Source: Acidimicrobiia bacterium
Lineage (GTDB): Bacteria; Actinomycetota; Acidimicrobiia; Spongiisociales; ZC4RG35
Assembly (NCBI GenBank): GCA_965203555.1
Contig: CBDBCY010000004.1
Coordinates: 1,920,001-1,984,000, forward strand
DNA length: 64,000 bases
Direction of reading: 5' to 3'
Shown here: piece by piece, positions 41,755 to 49,185 of the stretch
How positions within the stretch are numbered: the first letter of the stretch is position 1
Layout of the letters: each line of letters starts with the position of its first letter
Notes under the pieces: generated by a model
What the model was told of the DNA's origin: nothing
Database searches by the model: none
What the model saw: only the letters and a program-made list of their open reading frames with translations
Position numbers and translations under genes: made by a program

Positions 41755-42969
41755 ATGTCAGATCGGGTTGATGTGTTCGGTGGGGTGGACACCCACCGCG
41801 ATGTTCATGTGGCGGCGGTGGTGGATACCACCGGTCGGGTGTTGGGCACGGCATCGTTCGGAACCGACACAGCCGGTTATGAACAACTGGGCAACTGGCT
41901 GGGGTCACACGGCAACGTTGCCCAGGTCGGAATAGAGGGCACCGGCAGCTACGGCGCCGGCCTGACCCGCTACCTGGTGAGAATCGGTGTCGAGGTAGTG
42001 GAAGTGAACCGTCCCAACCGTCAACTGCGCCGCCGGTTCGGCAAGACCGACGCCACCGACGCTCAGGCCGCGGCCCGGGCTGTTTTGAGCGGACAGGCCA
42101 CCGGGACACCCAAAAGCGGCGACGGACCAGTCGAAGCGATCAGGATGCTTCGGGTGGTCCGCCGTTCGGCCGCCAAGGCCCGCACCCAGACCATCAACCA
42201 GCTGCACGCTCTGGTGGTCACCGCTCCCGACCAGGTCAAACACCAACTCGGGAGCCTTTCCCCGAAAGCCCGGGTGAAGGTCTGCGCCGCCTATCGTCCC
42301 GGCGCGAACCGGACCAATATCGCCTATGCCAAGAAAGCGTTGCGTCTGTTGGCCCGCCGATACCAAGCACTTACCTGGGAGATCCAACAACTCGACACCG
42401 AAATCAAACAGCTCTGCGCCCGGGCCAACCCGGCGCTGCTGGCTGCCGGTGGGATCGGCCCCGAAACCGCCGCCGCGCTGCTGGTCACCGCCGGGGACAA
42501 CCCCCACCGCATGCGCACAGAAGCGTCTTTCGCCGCTCTCTGCGGCGCAAGCCCCGTCCAAGCGTCGTCGGGACGCATAGTGCGTCACCGACTCAACCGC
42601 GGCGGCGACCGCCAAGCCAACAACGCCCTCTGGCGTATAGCCACAGTACGGCTACGCACCGACCCCCGCACCATCGAATACGCCCAACGGCGACAAGCCG
42701 AAGGCAAAACCCGCAAAGAGATCATCCGCTGCCTGAAACGCTACATCGCCCGCCAGGTCTACCGACTGCTGACCAACCCGAACCAAACACCCAACGGCAG
42801 CGATCTACGCTGCCTACGCCAAAAAACCCAAACAACTCTGGCTCGCGCCGCCATAGCCCTCCAAACCCACCCAAACCGCCTCTCACAACTCGAACGAGGC
42901 CTCTACCACAACCACCAACTCGCCACCCAATACCAACACTGGCTCACCACCCCCCAAACCCCAATTTGA
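41755..42969 (+). CDS. IS110 DEDD recombinase/transposase with C-terminal XRE-like HTH
   Basis: GVDTH, GIEGTG, KTDATDA (DEDD), PVQASSG serine motif, RLNRGGDRQAN, RCLKR; GAGGAG RBS. Confidence 0.93.
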   Translation: MSDRVDVFGGVDTHRDVHVAAVVDTTGRVLGTASFGTDTAGYEQLGNWLGSHGNVAQVGIEGTGSYGAGLTRYLVRIGVEVVEVNRPNRQLRRRFGKTDATDAQAAARAVLSGQATGTPKSGDGPVEAIRMLRVVRRSAAKARTQTINQLHALVVTAPDQVKHQLGSLSPKARVKVCAAYRPGANRTNIAYAKKALRLLARRYQALTWEIQQLDTEIKQLCARANPALLAAGGIGPETAAALLVTAGDNPHRMRTEASFAALCGASPVQASSGRIVRHRLNRGGDRQANNALWRIATVRLRTDPRTIEYAQRRQAEGKTRKEIIRCLKRYIARQVYRLLTNPNQTPNGSDLRCLRQKTQTTLARAAIALQTHPNRLSQLERGLYHNHQLATQYQHWLTTPQTPI

Positions 42970-43266
42970 CAAACATAGGAGCATCAAACCCTCCGGCGCA
43001 CCGCCCACGGGTTCACCAACACACACAACTACGCTGCCCGAGCACTCCTCCTAACATGAACCCCACCACCTACCAGCCAGACCACAATCCCATAAATACG
43101 CGCAGTGCCCAAAAAGTGAACTTATGCAGACCATGGAGCACCATCCGCAAGACTGCCGTGGCTGCTCCGCTCTACTCAGTAGGGAGCGGCGCACAACTCG
43201 CAACCTCCACAACCTTGATAACACTTATCGCCCGACTACCGCATAGTCCATTGGCGAATGGCACAT

Positions 43267-43905
43267 CTACACCTCACGCGGCTCAGCAGCGCCTCGTTCC
43301 GGGAACAGGCCACGGAGCCGATCACCGACGGATATGATCCTGGCCTGTTCCTCGGCTTCTCGGCTGAGCTTGGACTGCTGAGGACCGAGGGGTGTGTCGT
43401 ATTTGGCACCGGCGGGATATGGCTGTGAAGTCTCCTTGTCGAGTTTCCAAAGCACGAGTTGGCAGATCCGACTACCGGTAATGAGCTTGAGGGGAACGGT
43501 TCCGCTGTTTACCAGTTCAAGGGTCAGCGCTCCTGTGAACCCCGGATGCACGGTCACCGCGGTGGCGACGAGGAGACCGTTGCGGGCCCACGAAGACCGG
43601 TTCAGGACTTGGCCTGCGAGATGGCGCGGTACTCGTAGGTACTCTAGCGTCGACCCCAACAGAAATTGGCCCGGGTGGATAATGAGTTGGTTGCCAAACG
43701 CGACGTTAAATCGCTGCTCGTCGTTGGCAGTGAACGGGTCAAGGACCCCTTGCTTTGTTCGTTGTACTTCCATGAACTCGGTGCCGAGGCGAAGATCGAT
43801 CGAGGCCGAGCCGATCTGTTTGGGATCAAGCATCGGGCACACGATTAGCCGCCGGTCCGCATCGTCATGATTGAGGACGGCGCGGATGGCGGTGTCAGAC
43901 AGCAT
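43267..43905 (-). CDS. dcd: dCTP deaminase (trimeric dUTPase fold), atypical
   Basis: MLSD..I, SIDLRLG, HPGQFLLGSTLE, RSSWARNGL, PGFTG.LTLELVN, RICQL, AKY. Confidence 0.88.
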   Translation of the reverse strand: MLSDTAIRAVLNHDDADRRLIVCPMLDPKQIGSASIDLRLGTEFMEVQRTKQGVLDPFTANDEQRFNVAFGNQLIIHPGQFLLGSTLEYLRVPRHLAGQVLNRSSWARNGLLVATAVTVHPGFTGALTLELVNSGTVPLKLITGSRICQLVLWKLDKETSQPYPAGAKYDTPLGPQQSKLSREAEEQARIISVGDRLRGLFPERGAAEPREV

Positions 43906-45151
43906 CGTGATCGCTCCACAGGCGACGGATCTGGGCCATTTCGATGGCGCGTAACAGCACCCGGCTCAACTCGTAGTCGTTTGGTGCCTCAGCCAGTGTC
44001 TCCGGGGAGTCACCGTGAACCTTGAATGACCACTGCCACCCCAGCGTCAATATCTGCCAGGGTCCGATGGGCTCTTGGTCGACCTCGCTTGGCGGCACCC
44101 GCATGCGCAGTTGATCTAAGGCGCGTGGAGCGACCGCGGCGTGTGCCTCGGCGCTCATCGGCTCCGCGACATGGTGGGAGACGGTCGATTCGATCGCTGG
44201 CGCCAGTGCTTCACAGGCTTCTCGCAGGAACCGTTCTTGTTGCGATGTCGGCATGCGAGAAGCCTGTTGCCGGAGCCATCCGATGGTCTTAGGGCAGGTG
44301 TCCTCCATTAAGTCGCCCCACCCGGTGGACTCCAACGACGACAGGGACAAGTGGAGTCGGTAACTCGGGAAGGGATGGGTGCTTGTGGGATCGTCCGGCG
44401 CTGTAGCAGGAAGGAATGCGGCTCCGGCGAACAGATAGCTGGGTCCACAGAGCGATGTTGCCAAGCTGTCGCAGACCAACTCGTCAACCCAGCCCACGAG
44501 TTGGGTTTGCGCCTTGAAACGAGTCTCGGGATCTGCGTCGACGAGGTGTTTTGCGAGCAGGGCGTTGAGGTCGTCGCTGGCGACGCTCATCGCGGTGCTT
44601 CCCAGGTTTGCTTGAAGGATCGCGGTATGTCCGATCTCGTGGACGAGCAGTGGGGTCATGAGCGCGTTGAACGGACTCAGGACCGGCACGAAGAAGGCGA
44701 CGGGGGTTGGCTCACTTCCCTGTGGCCAACGAAGGAATTGGTACAGGTCAAGCGTCGCGTACATGTGGGCATCAATGAGATGAACTACAGGATCCGCGCC
44801 TGCGGGCAGCAAAGCGGCAATAGCCGAGTCGAGCGCTACCAGCATGCCGATCGGTACGTCATCTCTGCGAGCGCTTTCTATCAGCGGTCGTAGAAACGGC
44901 AGAATCGTCTCCACTTCTGTCAATGTCCGGCGCAGTGTCCGCTCCGCGTAGCGCAGTACGCTGGCGTTGTAGCCAGCCTCAAGCTTGGCGTCAATGTCGG
45001 CGAGCGTTTCTTCCGCTTGCTCGATCACTCGGCGGTGCAGGTCAAAGAGCCTGGCGCCGCGGCCGGTGTGGCTTGTTGGTTGCCCTCGACGTGCGCTGTC
45101 GATGTGGCCGGAGATCAGGCTTCGGATGAACTCAAGGCCTCGCTCATCCAT
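43895..45151 (-). CDS. Uncharacterised soluble HExxH zinc-metallopeptidase-like protein
   Basis: H171-E-I-G-H175, E224xxxD228, THP..R motif; GGAGG RBS; overlaps both neighbours. Confidence 0.75.
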   Translation of the reverse strand: MDERGLEFIRSLISGHIDSARRGQPTSHTGRGARLFDLHRRVIEQAEETLADIDAKLEAGYNASVLRYAERTLRRTLTEVETILPFLRPLIESARRDDVPIGMLVALDSAIAALLPAGADPVVHLIDAHMYATLDLYQFLRWPQGSEPTPVAFFVPVLSPFNALMTPLLVHEIGHTAILQANLGSTAMSVASDDLNALLAKHLVDADPETRFKAQTQLVGWVDELVCDSLATSLCGPSYLFAGAAFLPATAPDDPTSTHPFPSYRLHLSLSSLESTGWGDLMEDTCPKTIGWLRQQASRMPTSQQERFLREACEALAPAIESTVSHHVAEPMSAEAHAAVAPRALDQLRMRVPPSEVDQEPIGPWQILTLGWQWSFKVHGDSPETLAEAPNDYELSRVLLRAIEMAQIRRLWSDHDAV

Positions 45152-45600
45152 CTTTGCCTCCGTTCGGGACGACGTCGAGCTATCGATGCCGCGCTTTCGA
45201 GGGTAACCGCGCCCAAGCCATCAAGAAACCCAACGACGCTGTGAATCTGTTCGGATGTTCCCAATCCCTCCGCGATCGAATCCATCGAGTCGATCAACTG
45301 ATCAACGAACGCGTTGACATCGACCCGGTCCTTCGTTCGCGACACAAATCCGAACGTCTCCTCCAGAATCGAGATGGGACCCATAGCCCGTAGGGCCACG
45401 AGAGGCGGCACAGTTGTCCCTGCAAAGCTCTGCAACTGCACGAGTAATGCTCTGGCGTCTTGAAGTGCCTTGAGGTCGTCACCGTCGAGCGCCCCCGTCT
45501 CGGACCGGTGCACCGCGAGCTCCGCTCGATCGGCCAGCCGTCCTAGCCCCGTCAGGATCGCGACCCTTTCTATGCCAGAGATTCTTTCACGAATGTTCAT
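45115..45600 (-). CDS. Hypothetical, probably all-alpha protein
   Basis: GGGGAG RBS, 12 nt after HTH gene stop, overlaps peptidase start; amphipathic helical pattern. Confidence 0.7.
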   Translation of the reverse strand: MNIRERISGIERVAILTGLGRLADRAELAVHRSETGALDGDDLKALQDARALLVQLQSFAGTTVPPLVALRAMGPISILEETFGFVSRTKDRVDVNAFVDQLIDSMDSIAEGLGTSEQIHSVVGFLDGLGAVTLESAASIARRRPERRQRWMSEALSSSEA

Positions 45601-45612
45601 GGTTCTCCCCTG

Positions 45613-46005
45613 TTAGCGGACTGTGCGCTTGATGGTTTCATAGATGTGAGCCCAATCACCGGGTTCTGCTGGTTGTTTACCGCGATAGTGAATCCCCGCC
45701 AGCATCTCGACGTCAGTCTCGGGAATCTTGGCGCTGCGGGCAAAAGCCCGCAGCGACGTGGGCAGCTCATCGGATTCGTTAGGTTGCCAGGTTTCAGAGG
45801 TGCCCGTGAGATCAGCTATCGAGGTGCCTAGCGCCGTGGCCAAGCGACGCAACACCTCATGGCTCGGCGTTGTCGAGGCACCGTGTTCGAGTTGAGAAAG
45901 GTATGCCTTTGATATCCGGGCGCGGCTCGCGACCTCTGTAAGCGAGACCGACTGCTCAGCACGCATATCGCGGAGCCGGTCTGCCAGGGAGCCACCCGTC
46001 GCCAT
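45613..46005 (-). CDS. XRE-family repressor of DdrO/CapH type (130 aa)
   Basis: HTH LADRLRDMR...ISKAYLSQLE; C-terminus LAGIHYRGKQP...DW..IY..IKR resembles recalled DdrO LSRIELRGKRP...DW..IY..LKR. Confidence 0.85.
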   Translation of the reverse strand: MATGGSLADRLRDMRAEQSVSLTEVASRARISKAYLSQLEHGASTTPSHEVLRRLATALGTSIADLTGTSETWQPNESDELPTSLRAFARSAKIPETDVEMLAGIHYRGKQPAEPGDWAHIYETIKRTVR

Positions 46006-46040
46006 ACGGTTACTATAGTCTCTGGATTCGTAATCACGAA
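46006..46040 (-). promoter_or_regulatory. Leaderless promoter with palindromic operator over the -35 box
   Basis: Minus strand TTCGTG-17 nt-TATAGT-6 nt-ATG; inverted repeat TTCGT-N4-ACGAA at 46027-46040. Confidence 0.6.
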
Positions 46041-46093
46041 CATTATTGCGCGCGATATCTGACATGGTGGTCCAGATACTTGCTACTGCTTCG

Positions 46094-46145
46094 GCCCTGA
46101 TCGCCTTCTCGCTGGAGGAACGAATTAATCCCCGGCTGTAGCCCG
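46094..46145 (+). repeat. Right direct repeat of island (attR-like; displaced permease 3' end)
   Basis: GCCCTGATCGCCTTCTCGCTGGAGGAACGAATTAATCCCCGGCTGTAGCCCG encodes ALIAFSLEERINPRL-stop. Confidence 0.9.
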
Positions 46146-46212
46146 ATGCCCCTGATCGGGACCGCTTGGTATTCTTCCGGCCAGACAGGCCCAACCGAGA
46201 AAGGCAACTGGC

Positions 46213-46842
46213 ATGAGCAGATGGGAACATCGAATCGAGGGAGCACATCTGATAAAGCTGCTGCTGGGACCCTTCGAGAACAACGTCTACATTGTGAGTT
46301 GTACCAACACCAAAAAGGCGGTCATCGTGGACGCGGCCGCCGAGCCCGACGTCATTGTGGACGCGGTCGGAGACTACGACGTGCAGGCCATCCTCACCAC
46401 CCATGGTCACATGGACCATCTCCAGGCCGTGGACCGGGTGAGCGACAAGCTTGACATCCCCTTTCTCCTGAACCCCGACGACATCTTCCTGCTCGAAGAG
46501 TCCGGCATCGAAAAGACATCCCCCGACGGCTTGATCGAGGATGGGCAGGAAATCGAGGTGGGAGACCTTCTCCTTCACGCCATCCATACCCCCGGACACA
46601 CTCCCGGATCGACCTCGCTCGTACTGGAACCGTGGCTGTTCAGCGGAGATACCCTTTTTCCGGGCGGTCCGGGCGCCACACAATGGGACTACGCGTCCTT
46701 CGGCCAGGTCATGGACTCGGTGGAGGCGCTAATAGCCAAGTTTCCCGACCCGACCCTGGTCTTCCCCGGACATGGCGCCAACGACACCACCGTCGGCGCC
46801 GAAAAGCCGCATACCGGAGAGTGGCGAGCCCGGGGCTGGTAA
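46213..46842 (+). CDS. MBL-fold metallo-hydrolase (glyoxalase II-like)
   Basis: THGHMDH, HTPGHTPGS, SGDTLF, PGHG. Confidence 0.92.
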   Translation: MSRWEHRIEGAHLIKLLLGPFENNVYIVSCTNTKKAVIVDAAAEPDVIVDAVGDYDVQAILTTHGHMDHLQAVDRVSDKLDIPFLLNPDDIFLLEESGIEKTSPDGLIEDGQEIEVGDLLLHAIHTPGHTPGSTSLVLEPWLFSGDTLFPGGPGATQWDYASFGQVMDSVEALIAKFPDPTLVFPGHGANDTTVGAEKPHTGEWRARGW

Positions 46843-47118
46843 CCGAAACCTTCAAAAATCGGGGTGCATGACTTGTTTTTGTCTCAGGCGTGTTGCATGT
46901 TGATATAGACAAACATGTATGCGCGGTCCGGATCGCCCTCATCAGATCGGTCGCGCTCCAAGGAGAGTGACGCTGGCTTGACAGTTTCTCTCCAGGGGCG
47001 GACTGTCTAGCCGAAAACTGATTTGCTTCGGGTTCAGGCAGGCCTGCGCCTGTCCGAATTCTGTCACGGTCAGGAGGCGGCGGGTCGGGAGGGAAACCCA
47101 TCAGAGGGGCGACGAAGG

Positions 47119-47683
47119 TCAAAAGTGGCAAAATCGGACGCGTTGGTCTGCCGGCAGGAGATGACAGAAAGGGGAGCGTCGACGGCGGGCAGGAGAGCCG
47201 GTTACAAGTGAGGCTGTTTCATTTTCTCCTCTTGGGCAGGTTTCTGTTCGTGTTTGCGGACCCGTCGCCGCCAATTTGTCCGGAGACTGGGTCCGGGCGT
47301 CGTCGAGCAGTTCCTTTACGGTTGCACACTTGTTGGCGCCGGCCATGATCCGCGCGTTGTAATAGGAGATCTCTCCTTCTCGCAAACCTTCAGACGTCTC
47401 CGGCAAATCCGCCGGTTCTCCGGCGGTCTCCACCTCCGGACGCGCCCGTCTTCGTGATAACGGTCCTTCTTCTTGCAAACGCGGTCTCGGTGCGTTCGGT
47501 TCCCCGGCGGCGCCGCAACTCGGCCAGAGCGTCGGCTCGGACCGCCGCTGCCTGGGTCTGGGCTCTGATAGTGGACTGCACCCGTTGTTTCAGTTCTTCC
47601 GCCGACACTTGTGCGGCCGGCAAGGTGGGAGGCGCCAACCTTGCCAGGTTGGCGGACCGCCGGTTCTTGGCTACTTGTTTCAT
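47119..47683 (-). pseudogene. DUF222 (13E12 repeat/HNH family) N-terminal remnant, frameshifted
   Basis: A.RADALAELRRR in one frame continues as LSRRRAR.EVETA..L.DLP.T..GLREGEISY.NARI in another; no HNH domain follows. Confidence 0.6.
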
Positions 47684-47713
47684 GCATACCAGTATGCCCA
47701 CCAGGTGTGACAA
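47684..47713 (-). promoter_or_regulatory. RecA-NDp/PafBC-like DNA-damage promoter, leaderless
   Basis: Minus strand TTGTCACAC-8 nt-CATACT-7 nt-ATG versus consensus tTGTCRgtg-N8-TAnnnT. Confidence 0.5.
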
Positions 47714-47936
47714 AACCGTGCGATCTCTCATCACAGGATGCCAACAAAACGTCTTGTCGTGCCGCAGTGTCATTTTGGAATTACCTGCGGATCAACCAAT
47801 ACCAGATGTCCCGCTACCGTTTGACCACGGTTCTCATAACCCTGGCAACATCGAGGAACTTGCAGCATCATCCAACACTGCACCTGCTGTATGTTGTGTC
47901 GACCCAGGGCGATCGCAGTCCGCCCCGGGCACTGGG

Positions 47937-49025
47937 TCAGTCGAAGACCACCACCGACCGCAGCACCTCGCCCCGCTCCATGCGGTGAAAGGCTTCCTCG
48001 ACTTCTCCCACGCCGATTGTCTCGCTCACGAAACCGTCCAGGTCCAAGCGTCCCTGCAGATAGAGATCGATCAGCATCGGGAAGTCCCTCTCCGGAAGGC
48101 AGTCGCCGTACCAAGAGGACTTCAACGCCCCGCCGCGGCCGAAAACCTCGATGAAAGGCAGTTCGATCTTCATGTCCGGCGTCGGAACCCCGACCAGCAC
48201 CACCACCCCGGCCAGATCCCGGGCATAGAAAGCCTGCTCGTAAGTCTCGGGCAGTCCGATCGCCTCGACCACCACGTCCGCTCCGTTGCCTCCGGTGATC
48301 TCCCGGATGCGTTCCACGGGATCCTCACGCAGGGAGTTGACGGTGTGGGTGGCGCCGAAGCCCTCGGCCCATTCCAGCTTGCGGTCGTCGATGTCCACTC
48401 CGATAATGGTTGCGGCGCCGGCCATGCGGGACCCGACGATCGAGCCGGACCCGACCCCCCCGCAACCGATCACCGCCACCGAGTCGCCCCGGCCCACTCC
48501 CCCCGTGTTGATCGCCGCCCCGATTCCCGCCATCACTCCGCAACCCAGCAGGCCGGCCGCTTCGGGTCGCGCCCGGCTGTCCACCTTGGTGGCCTGCCCG
48601 GCCGCCACCAGGGTCAACTCTGCGAAGGCGCCGATGCCCAGTGCCGGCGATAGCGCCGTCCCGTCGGCCAGGGTCATTTTCTGCGTCGCGTTGTGGGTTG
48701 CGAAGCAATACCAGGGTCGACCCCTGTCGCATGCCCGACAATCGCCGCAGATCGCCCGCCAGTTCAGGATCACGAAGTCCCCAGGGGAGATCTTGGTAAC
48801 GTCCGGCCCCACCGATTCCACTATCCCGGCCGCCTCATGACCCAGGAAGAATGGGTAATCGTTGTTTATTCCACCCTCCCGATAATGCAGATCGGTGTGG
48901 CACACTCCACAAGCCTTCACCGCCACTCGAGCCTCCCCCGGCCCGGGATCGGGAACCATCACTGTTTCCAGGGAAACCGGGGCCCCCTTTTCGAGGGAAA
49001 TCACTCCCTGCACCTCTGCCGCCAT
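47937..49025 (-). CDS. mscR: S-(hydroxymethyl)mycothiol dehydrogenase
   Basis: [56 protein letters not shown]; GGAGG RBS before ATG 49025. Confidence 0.93.
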   Translation of the reverse strand: MAAEVQGVISLEKGAPVSLETVMVPDPGPGEARVAVKACGVCHTDLHYREGGINNDYPFFLGHEAAGIVESVGPDVTKISPGDFVILNWRAICGDCRACDRGRPWYCFATHNATQKMTLADGTALSPALGIGAFAELTLVAAGQATKVDSRARPEAAGLLGCGVMAGIGAAINTGGVGRGDSVAVIGCGGVGSGSIVGSRMAGAATIIGVDIDDRKLEWAEGFGATHTVNSLREDPVERIREITGGNGADVVVEAIGLPETYEQAFYARDLAGVVVLVGVPTPDMKIELPFIEVFGRGGALKSSWYGDCLPERDFPMLIDLYLQGRLDLDGFVSETIGVGEVEEAFHRMERGEVLRSVVVFD

Positions 49026-49185
49026 TGTGCTGACCTCCGTTGTTGCTCCGTTCTCAAGACTAGCCCGCCGACTCCCACCGGCCCTCGTCTGGAACGGTCG
49101 GTTTCGCCAACCTATTCGACTTCCCCCTACTGCCCCTTTTTGTATCCTTGAAACCATCGGAAGATCGGAGTTTGGGCAGGAAGAC

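Larger units (their letters stand above)
41521..42985 (+). mobile_element. IS110-family element nested in ISL3
   Basis: Interrupts ISL3 at GINNLI; (C)ATC present at both junctions; no terminal IRs; 5' non-coding region plus recombinase. Confidence 0.88.
40497..43059 (+). pseudogene. ISL3 transposase, several frameshifts and split by IS110
   Basis: CPYCG..R.I.D..RRYVCDGC zinc finger; IDETSIRKRHRY and DRFH in another frame; SNGPLEGINN, then after the IS110 TLRRTAHGFTN..NY..R.LL. Confidence 0.85.
40389..43111 (+). mobile_element. ISL3-family insertion sequence (decayed), interrupted by IS110
   Basis: 8-bp direct repeat AAAAGTGA at 40381-40388 and 43112-43119; imperfect IRs CTGCGCGTTTTTGTGGG / CCCATAAATACGCGCAG. 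Confidence 0.8.
26578..46145. mobile_element. About 19.5-kb defence genomic island inserted at 3' end of the permease gene; no integrase visible
   Basis: Flanking 52-bp direct repeats; visibly more AT-rich codon use; only defence/mobile genes inside. Confidence 0.85.

Noticed and set aside
46036-46050. LexA SOS box upstream of the repressor
   Set aside because: CGAAC-N4-TTGCG has two mismatches in the second half-site; the TTCGT-N4-ACGAA palindrome is a better operator candidate
45613-46683. 356-aa ORF as a long HTH fusion protein
   Set aside because: The N-terminal 226 codons are antisense to the MBL gene and cross the island repeat; real start is ATG 46005
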